Below, piece after piece: positions 25,359-34,498 of a stretch of DNA of 64,000 nucleotides. Both the position numbers and the translations under genes were made by a program. The number at the start of each line of letters is the position of its first letter. Within the stretch, counting starts at the first letter, position 1. The notes beneath the pieces are model-generated. The model had not been told where the DNA came from. It saw only the letters and a list, made by a program, of their open reading frames with translations, and did no database searches. The DNA lies in contig OY762069.1 of the NCBI GenBank assembly GCA_963665095.1, forward strand, positions 6,656,001 through 6,720,000, written 5' to 3'. This DNA is from an uncultured Desulfobacter sp. (GTDB taxonomy: Bacteria > Desulfobacterota > Desulfobacteria > Desulfobacterales > Desulfobacteraceae).

Positions 25359-25417
25359 TGCTTATTATGGTAGGTGCCGCCTGTTTTAAGCAGGCCCATC
25401 ACCATAAGGAGAAAACA

Positions 25418-26095
25418 ATGGCTTTTGAAACAAAAGAAGAATTGCTTGAAAAATATTTAAAAATGGACAAACCCCATTGTCCCCATTGCGATGAACCCAT
25501 GACCCTGTGGGAAATCCCCCCCATCAATTTTTCCGATGGATTGGGCTGGCAGACCCCCTATCTGTTTGTCTGCTTCAATGACAACTGTCCTTCCTATCAG
25601 AAAGGGTGGCAGCACCTGATGGATTCCGTGGAGGCGCCAGCCTCCTACCGCTGCTTTTGCGAGCCCGGGGCTCGTAACTTTGAATATATGCCTGTGTTCA
25701 GCCCCATTGGCGGGACCGGCAGTGTCATGGATGATGCAGCCCTGTTAGCGGAGCAGGCCAAAACAGAGTTGATGAAACAGACCTTTTCCATCCTGACGGA
25801 TTATTACATTTCGAAAGATTGGGACGAAATCCTTAAAATCTGCCTGGACCCCAACATACCGCCGAAAGCCAGATTAAAGGCTGCTGAGATGGTGGGAGAG
25901 CTCGGAGACGCCACTGCAGTGGAGCACCTGATTAATCATAAATTCCCGACCCCTGTACTCCAGGAAGGGGTGAAAAAGGCCATTGCCCAGCTCCACGATC
26001 GGCACTTCACCCGGGAATGCCCTTTTTGTGCTGAAATTATCAAAAACCGGGCCAGCGTATGCAAACACTGCGGCAAGGATGTGCCCCGTGCCTGA
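25418..26095 (+). CDS. Zinc-ribbon/HEAT-like conserved protein
   Basis: CPHC...CFNDNC, a HEAT-like helix pair, and C-terminal CPFC..CKHC. ATG 25418 follows AAGGAG. Confidence 0.8.
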   Translation: MAFETKEELLEKYLKMDKPHCPHCDEPMTLWEIPPINFSDGLGWQTPYLFVCFNDNCPSYQKGWQHLMDSVEAPASYRCFCEPGARNFEYMPVFSPIGGTGSVMDDAALLAEQAKTELMKQTFSILTDYYISKDWDEILKICLDPNIPPKARLKAAEMVGELGDATAVEHLINHKFPTPVLQEGVKKAIAQLHDRHFTRECPFCAEIIKNRASVCKHCGKDVPRA

Positions 26096-26162
26096 TTCCG
26101 GTCTGATGACTTCGATCTGGGATGTTTAAGTCTTTAGAGTTAATGACCAGAAACTATGAATA

Positions 26163-26197
26163 ACCAGGGCCTGTGCCTCAGTTCATAAGGCCCTGGT
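26163..26197. terminator. Hairpin between convergent genes
   Basis: ACCAGGGCCT ... AGGCCCTGGT. Confidence 0.55.
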
Positions 26198-26231
26198 AAG
26201 ATTCATGAATTTTAAACAGTCCGTTGAGAAA

Positions 26232-26759
26232 TCAGGGCTCAGTTGTATATTTATTCACTTTTTCAAGATTGAAAGAGCGATAAATGATCATCTCTCCACT
26301 TTTTTTTGCCGGATCCAGGGCTGTCTTAGGAATATCGGAAAGTTGTTTTACTGCCTGTTCACGGGTTGGGATGGCATCAAGCCCCTGTCCCACGGTTTTG
26401 CCGGTGACCGCATCCATAATGACGGCGTTTCTGGCGTCCGTGGAGACTGCAAAGGGAATGATATGGTCACGGATCAGACGGGCCCCTGCCAGAATCTCTC
26501 TTTCATAGGAGCCGATGGAGCCGGCTACACAGGTGATGGCCATAAAGGGCCGGTTTTCCACAGTTACTATCAAATCAATGACTGACGGATAGTCTTCGCC
26601 CTTGAACTGGACTGTTATTGGAACGTCTACGAGGATATCTGTTTTGGCGTAGCCTTTGGTTTCCACCAGGAGCTTTTCAAAAATCTGGCGGCTGGCCTCG
26701 GCGCCTACATTGTCAATCTCTTTGCCGGTAATATAGTCAGTGATTTGGTCCAGTGTCAT
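26232..26759 (-). CDS. Stand-alone HsdR N-terminal-like domain protein
   Basis: E..RQ..EKLLVETKGY...IDLIV pattern; no hsdM/hsdS nearby. Confidence 0.65.
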   Translation of the reverse strand: MTLDQITDYITGKEIDNVGAEASRQIFEKLLVETKGYAKTDILVDVPITVQFKGEDYPSVIDLIVTVENRPFMAITCVAGSIGSYEREILAGARLIRDHIIPFAVSTDARNAVIMDAVTGKTVGQGLDAIPTREQAVKQLSDIPKTALDPAKKSGEMIIYRSFNLEKVNKYTTEP

Positions 26760-26814
26760 TTTTTATATCTTCTTATAGTTATTAATCGTAAAATCGGCGA
26801 TTTTTATTGTTATT

Positions 26815-28365
26815 TTACTTGTCCTGAATCAGGCATTGGCCTGTCATCTCAGCGGGCTGTTCAAACCCCAGAATTTTGAAAACAGTTGGGGCAATATCGC
26901 CAAGCTTGCCGTCCACGAGCCTCAGGCCGGGGGCCGGGTTGGCTGCCACAATGAAGCGTACCGGATTCAGAGTGTGGGCGGTGTGGGGGGATCCATCTTC
27001 TGCCAGCATCTGTTCTGAATTGCCGTGGTCAGCTGTAATAAATGCGGTGCCGCCGGTCTCCCAGATGGCATTAACCACTTTTTCAACGCATTTGTCCACT
27101 GTTTCACAGGCCTTTATTGCGGCGTCAAAGACCCCGGTGTGGCCCACCATGTCCATATTGGCAAAGTTGAGCACGATGAATTGAAATTTCCCGGATCTGA
27201 TCTGCTCGCAGGCTTTGTCTGCCACAAGGGCGGCGCTCATTTCCGGTTTCTGGTCGTAGGTCTCCACATCCCTGGGGGAGGGGATCAGAATCCGATCTTC
27301 CCCTTCAAACACAGCTTCATCCCCACCGTTGAAGAAATATGTGACATGGGCATATTTTTCAGTTTCTGCAATGCGCAACTGGAAAATTTTCTGCTCGCTC
27401 AGGATCTGGCCCATGATTTTGTCCAGGTGAAGCGGCCCGAAAGCTGCGGGCAGATCAAAAAGCTCATCATACTGGGTCATGCACACAAAGTCGCTAAGTG
27501 CCGGGCAAACAGCCCGTTCAAATCCCTCAAATGTTTTTTCGGTAAATGCCCGGGAGATCTCCTTGGCACGGTCTGCCCGGAAGTTAAAGAAAATGACGCC
27601 GTCGCCGGCTTCAATTCTGCCTTCAGTGCCGGGGCATAAAAATAGAGGTTTTATAAATTCATCGGTTTCGCCCTTGTCATAGGCTGCCTGTAGTGCCTGG
27701 GCAGGTATTTGACCGGATGCATCAGCCCCTTTTTTTTCAGTATAAAGTTCATAGGCTTTCCGGACTCTCTCCCATCGGGTGTCCCTGTCCATGGTCCAGA
27801 ATCGTCCGGCCAGGGTGGCTACCGTCCCAACCCCAAGATCTTTTATTTTGCTGGAAAGCTGGTCCAGAAAACCGATGCCGGAGGTGGGGGAGGTGTCCCG
27901 TCCGTCCATGATTGGGTGGATGTAGAGCCGGGAGATGCCAAATTGCTTTGCCATCTCCATCAGGGCAAACAGATGGTTGATGTGGGAGTGGACGCCGCCG
28001 TCAGAGAGAAGTCCTAACAGATGCAGGCTTTTGCCAGCCTGTTTTACCTTGTCCATGATGGAGACAAGGGCCGGCGTGGAGGTAAAGCTGTTATCCCGGA
28101 TGGCCGTGTTGATCCGGACAAAGTCCTGGGGCACAATTCTGCCGGCCCCGATGTTCATGTGGCCCACCTCGGAGTTGCCCATGGTGCCGTCGGGAAGGCC
28201 TACGGCCTCACCGCAGCACTTAAGCGTGGTGCTGGGGCAGGTGGCCAGAAGATTGTCAAGAACCGGCGTGCTGGCGGCTGCCACGGCATTGCCTTCAACT
28301 GATTCATTGATGCCCCACCCGTCAAGTATCATTAAAATGTTGACCGGTTGTTTGTCAGAACTCAT
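26815..28365 (-). CDS. gpmI: 2,3-bisphosphoglycerate-independent phosphoglycerate mutase
   Basis: ILDGWG, GNSEVGH, SDGGVHSH, DGRDT, AETEKYAHVT, TADHGN. Start moved to MSSDKQ at 28365. Confidence 0.96.
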   Translation of the reverse strand: MSSDKQPVNILMILDGWGINESVEGNAVAAASTPVLDNLLATCPSTTLKCCGEAVGLPDGTMGNSEVGHMNIGAGRIVPQDFVRINTAIRDNSFTSTPALVSIMDKVKQAGKSLHLLGLLSDGGVHSHINHLFALMEMAKQFGISRLYIHPIMDGRDTSPTSGIGFLDQLSSKIKDLGVGTVATLAGRFWTMDRDTRWERVRKAYELYTEKKGADASGQIPAQALQAAYDKGETDEFIKPLFLCPGTEGRIEAGDGVIFFNFRADRAKEISRAFTEKTFEGFERAVCPALSDFVCMTQYDELFDLPAAFGPLHLDKIMGQILSEQKIFQLRIAETEKYAHVTYFFNGGDEAVFEGEDRILIPSPRDVETYDQKPEMSAALVADKACEQIRSGKFQFIVLNFANMDMVGHTGVFDAAIKACETVDKCVEKVVNAIWETGGTAFITADHGNSEQMLAEDGSPHTAHTLNPVRFIVAANPAPGLRLVDGKLGDIAPTVFKILGFEQPAEMTGQCLIQDK

Positions 28366-28747
28366 CGTTGTCCTCCATATCGGTTGATATTTGCGTATCA
28401 AATCTGGAGAGGTCAACCCGTGGGGCGTCACTCCACAGTCCTTCAAGGTCATAAAAGTCCTTGGCATCGGATTCAAATACATGAATGATCAGGTGCCCGT
28501 AATCCAGCAGAGCCCACTGGCCTTCTTTAACCCCTTCAACTCCCAGTGCCTTGATTTTTGCATCTTTAAGGGATTTGATCAGATGCTCGGCCAGGGACGT
28601 CACCTGCCGGCTTGATCCGCCCTCCACAATGACCACCATATCAGTGTAGGAGGTTAGTTCGCTGACCTTTAATGCGGCCACGCTTTTAGGTTTACGTTCA
28701 AATATGGGGCTGATGAAAGGAACATATTCCTCTGTGAGGGAAATCAT
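28355..28747 (-). CDS. rsfS: Ribosome silencing factor
   Basis: WALLDYG..IIHVF...FYDLEGLW; follows nadD. Confidence 0.93.
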   Translation of the reverse strand: MISLTEEYVPFISPIFERKPKSVAALKVSELTSYTDMVVIVEGGSSRQVTSLAEHLIKSLKDAKIKALGVEGVKEGQWALLDYGHLIIHVFESDAKDFYDLEGLWSDAPRVDLSRFDTQISTDMEDNDEF

Positions 28748-29388
28748 TTATATAAATCCTTTGTTTTGATAAAGGTCTCAACATATTCAGGCACAAGTCC
28801 TGTGATGGATAGATTGGTTTTAATCCGGTTCCGTATCTGTGTCGATGATATGTCAATCCTGGGGACATTGCAGATGCGAATGGGAAAAAGCCGGTCATGG
28901 ACAAACCTGTTACCGTTCTTTAGCTTGTAGCCTTTTGAGACGTGTTCGTCAATAAAGGATGCAAAAGAGGGTAAGGGGGTTCGGTCTCCCCGAAGCATGA
29001 CAATTACCGGGACGGCTTCAAATATTTTATCTGCCTGTTTCCAGGTGGGGGTGTCAAAAAATGAATCTGATCCCATGAGCAGATGAAAGCGGGTGTCAGG
29101 GGCCAGGGTTGTTTTAAATTCCGAGATGGTGTCAATGGTAAAAGAGGGACCTTTGCGGAGCAGTTCAATATCAGACACCTGAAAATCACTTAAGTGTTTA
29201 ACTGCGCCGGTAACCATGTCCAGACGATCCAGGGCCGGAGCAAGATTGCAATCGGGTTTGTGAGGAGGAAGCGCCGAAGGGTAAAGGATAATTCTGTCCA
29301 GGCCACAATGTGTTTTTACATATTGGATAATGCCCAAATGGCCGTTGTGAATCGGATTGAATGTACCGCCGAAAAGTCCTGCGTCCAT
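28744..29388 (-). CDS. nadD: Nicotinate-nucleotide adenylyltransferase
   Basis: GGTFNPIHNGH, PPHK, SFTIDT, DISSTQIR. Confidence 0.95.
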   Translation of the reverse strand: MDAGLFGGTFNPIHNGHLGIIQYVKTHCGLDRIILYPSALPPHKPDCNLAPALDRLDMVTGAVKHLSDFQVSDIELLRKGPSFTIDTISEFKTTLAPDTRFHLLMGSDSFFDTPTWKQADKIFEAVPVIVMLRGDRTPLPSFASFIDEHVSKGYKLKNGNRFVHDRLFPIRICNVPRIDISSTQIRNRIKTNLSITGLVPEYVETFIKTKDLYK

Positions 29389-29424
29389 CTTGGCTGTGTC
29401 CGTTAAGCGTTAACCGGTATGCTT

Positions 29425-30432
29425 TTATGTTTGATCGCTGTCGGTTTGGAGCAGCGCGGCCAGGTGCCTGACCAACTCCTTAACACCTTTGCCCGTGGCA
29501 GCGGAAATGGTGAAAACTGTCTGCCCGGGGAGGGAAGCTTTAAATGCATTTACCCGATTTTCCGTGCCCGTAAGATCAATTTTATTCAGTACCACTATTT
29601 GAGTTTTTCTGGCCAGGGATTGGCTGTATTTGGACAGTTCGTTGTTGATCAGCTGAAAGTTATCCAACGGGGTTTCCGGATCAATCTGACCAGCGTCAAT
29701 GAGATGTATCAGGATGCCTGTTCGTTCAATGTGCTTAAGGAATTTTATGCCCAGTCCCACACCTTCATGGGCACCTTCGATCAGGCCGGGAATATCTGCC
29801 ACGGCAAAGGGTTCGCCAAAGGGCGGATCAACCATGCCGATGGTGGGGGTCAGTGTGGTAAACGGGTAGTCTGCGATTTTGGGCCGGGCTGCTGAAACAG
29901 CAGAGATCAGTGTGGACTTCCCTGCATTGGGCAGTCCCACAAGCCCGACATCTGCCATGAGTTTCAGCTCCAGACGCAGCTTCATTTCAATGCCCGGGAT
30001 TCCGGGCTGGGCATATCGGGGAACTCTGTTGGTGGAAGTGGCGAACCGTTTGTTTCCCCGTCCGCCTTTGCCGCCTTGGGCTACAATGAACTCTTTATCA
30101 GGGTCGGTGAGGTCGGCAATAATCTCAGATGTTTCTGCATCCATGACCAGGGTGCCGGGTGGCAGCGCAAGATAGCAGTGGCTGCCGTTTTTGCCGTGTT
30201 TCTGCCGGCCGAGGCCCGGGCCGCCGTTTTTGGCACTTACACGTTGCTGGCGGCGATAATCATACAGGGTCCGTTTAGAGGGATCCACCTGGAGGATAAC
30301 ATCTCCCCCATCGCCGCCATCTCCGCCGTCAGGTCCGCCTTTTTCGATGAAACGCTCTCGCCGGAAGCTGACACAGCCGGCCCCGCCGTTTCCGGACCTG
30401 ATTGTAATAATGGCCTCATCTATAAATTTCAC
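29425..30432 (-). CDS. obgE: GTPase Obg
   Basis: [43 protein letters not shown]. Confidence 0.97.
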   Translation of the reverse strand: MKFIDEAIITIRSGNGGAGCVSFRRERFIEKGGPDGGDGGDGGDVILQVDPSKRTLYDYRRQQRVSAKNGGPGLGRQKHGKNGSHCYLALPPGTLVMDAETSEIIADLTDPDKEFIVAQGGKGGRGNKRFATSTNRVPRYAQPGIPGIEMKLRLELKLMADVGLVGLPNAGKSTLISAVSAARPKIADYPFTTLTPTIGMVDPPFGEPFAVADIPGLIEGAHEGVGLGIKFLKHIERTGILIHLIDAGQIDPETPLDNFQLINNELSKYSQSLARKTQIVVLNKIDLTGTENRVNAFKASLPGQTVFTISAATGKGVKELVRHLAALLQTDSDQT

Positions 30433-30683
30433 GCGTCATAAACACTGACTTTTTTTCTGTCACGACCTTTTCTCTCAAAGGTCACGACACCGTCAATTTT
30501 TGCAAAGAGGGTGTAATCTTTGCCCATTCCCACATTCTCGCCAGGATGGATTTTGGTGCCGCACTGTCTGACAATGATATTTCCGGCAATGACTTTTTCT
30601 CCGCCGAATTTTTTAACGCCGCGCCGCTGAGCATTTGAATCGCGGCCGTTTTTTGAACTGCCTGCTGCTTTCTTATGTGACAT
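30429..30683 (-). CDS. rpmA: 50S ribosomal protein L27
   Basis: [16 protein letters not shown]...GNIIVRQ; start at 30683. Confidence 0.98.
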   Translation of the reverse strand: MSHKKAAGSSKNGRDSNAQRRGVKKFGGEKVIAGNIIVRQCGTKIHPGENVGMGKDYTLFAKIDGVVTFERKGRDRKKVSVYDA

Positions 30684-30738
30684 GGTTTTCTCTCTTTTTG
30701 TTAAGGCATTACAATTATAATAACCGTAAAAACAGCCA

Positions 30739-31050
30739 TTATGCTGAAATGGAATCAATCCGGATTTCAGTGTAGTGCTGTCTGTGGCCTCTCATTTTCC
30801 GGTAGCCTTTGCGCCGTTTATATTTGAATACCAGCTGTTTTTTGTCCCGGCCCTGCTCTAAAACATAGGCCTTTACAACAGCATTTTCAATCTGGGGGGT
30901 GCCCAGGGTAACGGTTTCTCCATCGGAGTACAAAAGGACATCGGTAAAAACGATTTCAGATCCTTCGCCGCCTTCAAGTTTTTCAACCTGTAAGACCTGA
31001 TCTTCCTGGACCTTGTATTGTTTGCCCCCGGTTCTGATTACTGCATACAT
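30739..31050 (-). CDS. rplU: 50S ribosomal protein L21
   Basis: [14 protein letters not shown]...[13 protein letters not shown]. Confidence 0.98.
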   Translation of the reverse strand: MYAVIRTGGKQYKVQEDQVLQVEKLEGGEGSEIVFTDVLLYSDGETVTLGTPQIENAVVKAYVLEQGRDKKQLVFKYKRRKGYRKMRGHRQHYTEIRIDSISA

Positions 31051-31272
31051 GGGTTTATCTCCTTACAATCTTACAACTTTTGTCCAATATTTATAAAGCT
31101 CTGCATACTATAACTATTAGTTTGTGTTGTCAATTATTTTTTGAATTCCATAATCATGATCCGTGCCGTATCTCCGGTGGTTGATCTTGTCTGCAGATAT
31201 TTGCCAGACAGGCAGGATATCCGGGGTTTTAATTGACTTACCTGCGGGGGCAGGAGTATTAATAAAGGCATC

Positions 31273-32403
31273 ATGAATACGGTATCCATCATAATTATAC
31301 GGCCCGATGTGTTATCTTCTTCACAGGGTAATAAGACTGTTTTTTTGAACAGTGCCGTTCATGGTACAGGCCCGAAAGAGTGCGCTGTAAACCTTTTTTG
31401 TATCTGTGTTGAACCGCAGGGTCCAGGAAGGATTGTGAACAGGACAGTGTCGTTACCCGGCCTGTCTGTTGATTGGGGCCATGCTGTAGGACTCGTCTGC
31501 CAGGCATTTAAGAGGCTGGCAGATAAATACCGAGCCTCAAGGGTGATCATTGAGCCAGGAGTTCAGGATCTTTTCAAACCATTTAACGATGTTGTACAAA
31601 ATCTTGAGCAGGCCGTGCCCGGTACCGGGATGCAGATCTTGGATGTCGGCAGCCGGGTTATGGATGCTGACCCCTGGCTGCCCCTGGAGCTGCTGGCGGC
31701 ATACAACCAGATAAAGACGCTTCCTGGCACTCCTTTGTGGCAGCTTGTCCGGTATGCTGACACCCTTGATCTTTTTCTGGGTGCCATGGCAGAAAGGGGC
31801 TGGGAAAAGAAAAAGGCGGCACTGCACCTTTCCCGGGTCAGGGTTAAAGAGGATCTGTCCCGGCTGTGGGTACTGGGCGATCACCTTGAATATCATTTTG
31901 TTCCTCCTTCCGGCATCAGTCCGGATTTGATGGAAGATATTGTCAGGATGGTGGGGGCCGGCGGATCTGTGGATATTACCCATGTCCGCGGTAATCTTGA
32001 AACAGCTTATCTGATTGGATATGTCATGGAAAACGGGGTGATTGTGGGGGATTCCAGCCTGAAACATCCAAGGCAGGCGTTCGTTGACCGGGTGAAAAGC
32101 TTTACAGGTCTGGATTTTACCGGGTGTGTGGAACGCGGCTATACCTCGGTGCGGCCGGAATACAGAAGCCTTGGCATTGGTACCCGGCTCCTGGAGGGAC
32201 TGACGGCCAGAGCCAAAGATGTGATGGTATATGCCATTATTGATGAGAAAAATATTGCGGCCCAGAAGATGGCCATCCACAACAATACCCGTAAAATTGC
32301 GGCGTATTTCAGTGAAAAGGTGCAGAAAACCATGGGGGTCTGGATGCCTGATAAGATGGCAGACGCATTTTTGCACAGGCACAAAGGAGACTTGAACCCG
32401 TGA
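31273..32403 (+). CDS. Protein with a C-terminal GNAT domain and an unassigned N-terminal region
   Basis: GYTSVRPEYRSLGIGTRLL (GNAT motif A); stop overlaps the next start. Confidence 0.8.
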   Translation: MNTVSIIIIRPDVLSSSQGNKTVFLNSAVHGTGPKECAVNLFCICVEPQGPGRIVNRTVSLPGLSVDWGHAVGLVCQAFKRLADKYRASRVIIEPGVQDLFKPFNDVVQNLEQAVPGTGMQILDVGSRVMDADPWLPLELLAAYNQIKTLPGTPLWQLVRYADTLDLFLGAMAERGWEKKKAALHLSRVRVKEDLSRLWVLGDHLEYHFVPPSGISPDLMEDIVRMVGAGGSVDITHVRGNLETAYLIGYVMENGVIVGDSSLKHPRQAFVDRVKSFTGLDFTGCVERGYTSVRPEYRSLGIGTRLLEGLTARAKDVMVYAIIDEKNIAAQKMAIHNNTRKIAAYFSEKVQKTMGVWMPDKMADAFLHRHKGDLNP

Positions 32404-33323
32404 AGATCGGCATCATAACAGTGAAGGACAGTACCTTTCATCCCAATGGCAGGCTTATTGAGGAGGCCGGCAGGCTGGGCCATGAGGTGGTGCTGATTGA
32501 TCCTTACCGTGTTTCCTGTCACGTGGGGGGCAATGGCGCGGGAATTTTTATTGGCACTGATGCGGTTACCGGAGACGGCCCCGGACCGGGAATGGTGCTT
32601 CCGGATCTGATTTTGCCCCGTCAGGGTTCTCCCATGGGGGAGTATGGATTTGTGCTGCTCCGGCAGCTTGCCATGCTGAGGGTGCCGCTTGTTAATTCCC
32701 TTGAAGGGGTCACAATTTCAAAACACCAGTACATCACACTTCAGAGGCTTTTTCGGGCAGGGCTTCCCGTGCCCCATGCCTTTTTTGTGACCCGGCAGGA
32801 TACTTTTTTTTCTGCTGTCGAGGCTCTGGGCGGATTCCCGGTGGTGGTCAAACAGGTGGACGGTTTAGGGGGCGAGGGTGTGGAAAAACTGGATGGGCCG
32901 GATGCGGCGGGTATCTGGCTGGACCGGTGTTTAAATCCGGTCAAGGGTGTGGTGGTTGAACTGTTTATTCCGCATACCAGGGATGTGCGACTCCTGGTGG
33001 CAGGCGGGAAAGTTGCAGCTGCCATGGCTTTGACACCGGCACCCGGACAGTTTAAGGCCAATGTTCACCAGAAGGGTATTCCCCAATCATTTCAGCCGGA
33101 TGATACCATTGCCGAGATGGCCGTACAGGCCGCCCGGGAATGCTGTCTGGACATTGCAGGGGTGGATATGATCCTGACACAGGATCAGGGACCGATGATC
33201 CTTGAGGTCAACTACTCTCCGGGTTTCAGAGGGCTTGAAACCGCCACAGGTATGAATATCGCAAAAATTATACTCGACAGTGCCATTGCCATTTCTGAAA
33301 AGACAAAAGGCAGGAAGAGCTAA
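32400..33323 (+). CDS. RimK/LysX-family ATP-grasp ligase
   Basis: LPRQGS, FPVVVK..GLGGEGV, DVRLLV, FKANVHQ, AGVDMI, EVNYSPG. Confidence 0.88.
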   Translation: MKIGIITVKDSTFHPNGRLIEEAGRLGHEVVLIDPYRVSCHVGGNGAGIFIGTDAVTGDGPGPGMVLPDLILPRQGSPMGEYGFVLLRQLAMLRVPLVNSLEGVTISKHQYITLQRLFRAGLPVPHAFFVTRQDTFFSAVEALGGFPVVVKQVDGLGGEGVEKLDGPDAAGIWLDRCLNPVKGVVVELFIPHTRDVRLLVAGGKVAAAMALTPAPGQFKANVHQKGIPQSFQPDDTIAEMAVQAARECCLDIAGVDMILTQDQGPMILEVNYSPGFRGLETATGMNIAKIILDSAIAISEKTKGRKS

Positions 33324-33334
33324 GGGAAAGACCT

Positions 33335-34465
33335 ATGAAGTTGCTGGATTTCAATCTTGAACAGGATGCGGATAGTATTACCGCCAGCGTACGCGTAGTT
33401 TTTGAAGAGAGTGACCAGCCGGACAAGGTGGTATACATTAAAACCCTGGCTGAATTTGCTGATGGCTTTGGTGCCAACCCGGATGCATTTCTGGTGGGAT
33501 GCCTTCTGCCTGCCCTGCGCCTGGGAGAAAGGCGGATTTTTATTGACGGGGAGATCTGTCCCTTTTTGAAAGAAGGGGTCAACACCGCCATGCACATATT
33601 TTCCCACTGGACAGGGGGAAAACTTTCTCCCGTGCCTGTGGAGGCTGGTGTCCGCCAAAGCGAAACAGGAATCCAGGCGCCCCGTACCGGTATGGTGATG
33701 TCAGGCGGCATGGACTCTTTGTGCGCTCTGCGGTTGAATCGCCTCCACTATCCGGAAGCCCATCCTGCCTATATCCGGGATGCGTTTTTCCTCCATGGGT
33801 TTGATATCGGGGGGGTGAAAAAATACGGCATGAAATATCATGTGTTTGACCGCGGCATCCGGGCCATCTCCAAAATCACCGATGACGCCGGGGCAACACT
33901 GGTCCCGGTATACACCAATATCCGTCATCTGTGTGATGAGCGTGAGCTCTGGCTCAACTATTTTTTTGGAGCGGTGCTTGGGGCCATGGCCCATGCCTTT
34001 GCCGGCCGTATTGACCTGATGTATATTGCCTCGTCCTATGATATCCCCAACCTTCATGCCTGCGGTTCCCATCCCTTACTGGATCCGGAGTACGCTTCCT
34101 GGGGGCTGCGAATCCGGCACAGGGATTATGAACTGGCCCGCCTGGAAAAAATTAAAATTGTTTCCCAGTGGGATGCTGCATTCCAGAATTTCAGGGTATG
34201 CCTGGCCAACGTACCGGACAGGCTCAATTGCGGGGTGTGTGAAAAATGTGTGCGCACCATGACGGAATTGACAGCTCTTGGGCTTCTGGATAAAACCCGG
34301 GCCTTTGAACAAAATGAAGTGCTGCCTGAAGATATTTCCCGGTACGACATCACCATCCGGGAACGGCCGCCGTTTTACAGGCCCTTGATTCCGTTATTGC
34401 GGGAAAAGGGTCGGGATGATCTGGCAAAAGCTATTGAGGCGGGGCTGGCAAAGGCAGTCGGCTGA
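33335..34465 (+). CDS. Uncharacterised PP-loop (adenine nucleotide alpha-hydrolase-like) protein with a Cys cluster
   Basis: MSGGMDS PP-loop; C-terminal VC..NCGVCEKC. Confidence 0.75.
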   Translation: MKLLDFNLEQDADSITASVRVVFEESDQPDKVVYIKTLAEFADGFGANPDAFLVGCLLPALRLGERRIFIDGEICPFLKEGVNTAMHIFSHWTGGKLSPVPVEAGVRQSETGIQAPRTGMVMSGGMDSLCALRLNRLHYPEAHPAYIRDAFFLHGFDIGGVKKYGMKYHVFDRGIRAISKITDDAGATLVPVYTNIRHLCDERELWLNYFFGAVLGAMAHAFAGRIDLMYIASSYDIPNLHACGSHPLLDPEYASWGLRIRHRDYELARLEKIKIVSQWDAAFQNFRVCLANVPDRLNCGVCEKCVRTMTELTALGLLDKTRAFEQNEVLPEDISRYDITIRERPPFYRPLIPLLREKGRDDLAKAIEAGLAKAVG

Positions 34466-34498
34466 AAAACTCGTAAAAAGGCGCTGATTAAAAAATTG

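Noticed and set aside
30684..30758. Apparent N-terminal extension of L27
   Set aside because: ORF-caller artefact overlapping rplU; the true start is MSHKK and no prp gene is present.
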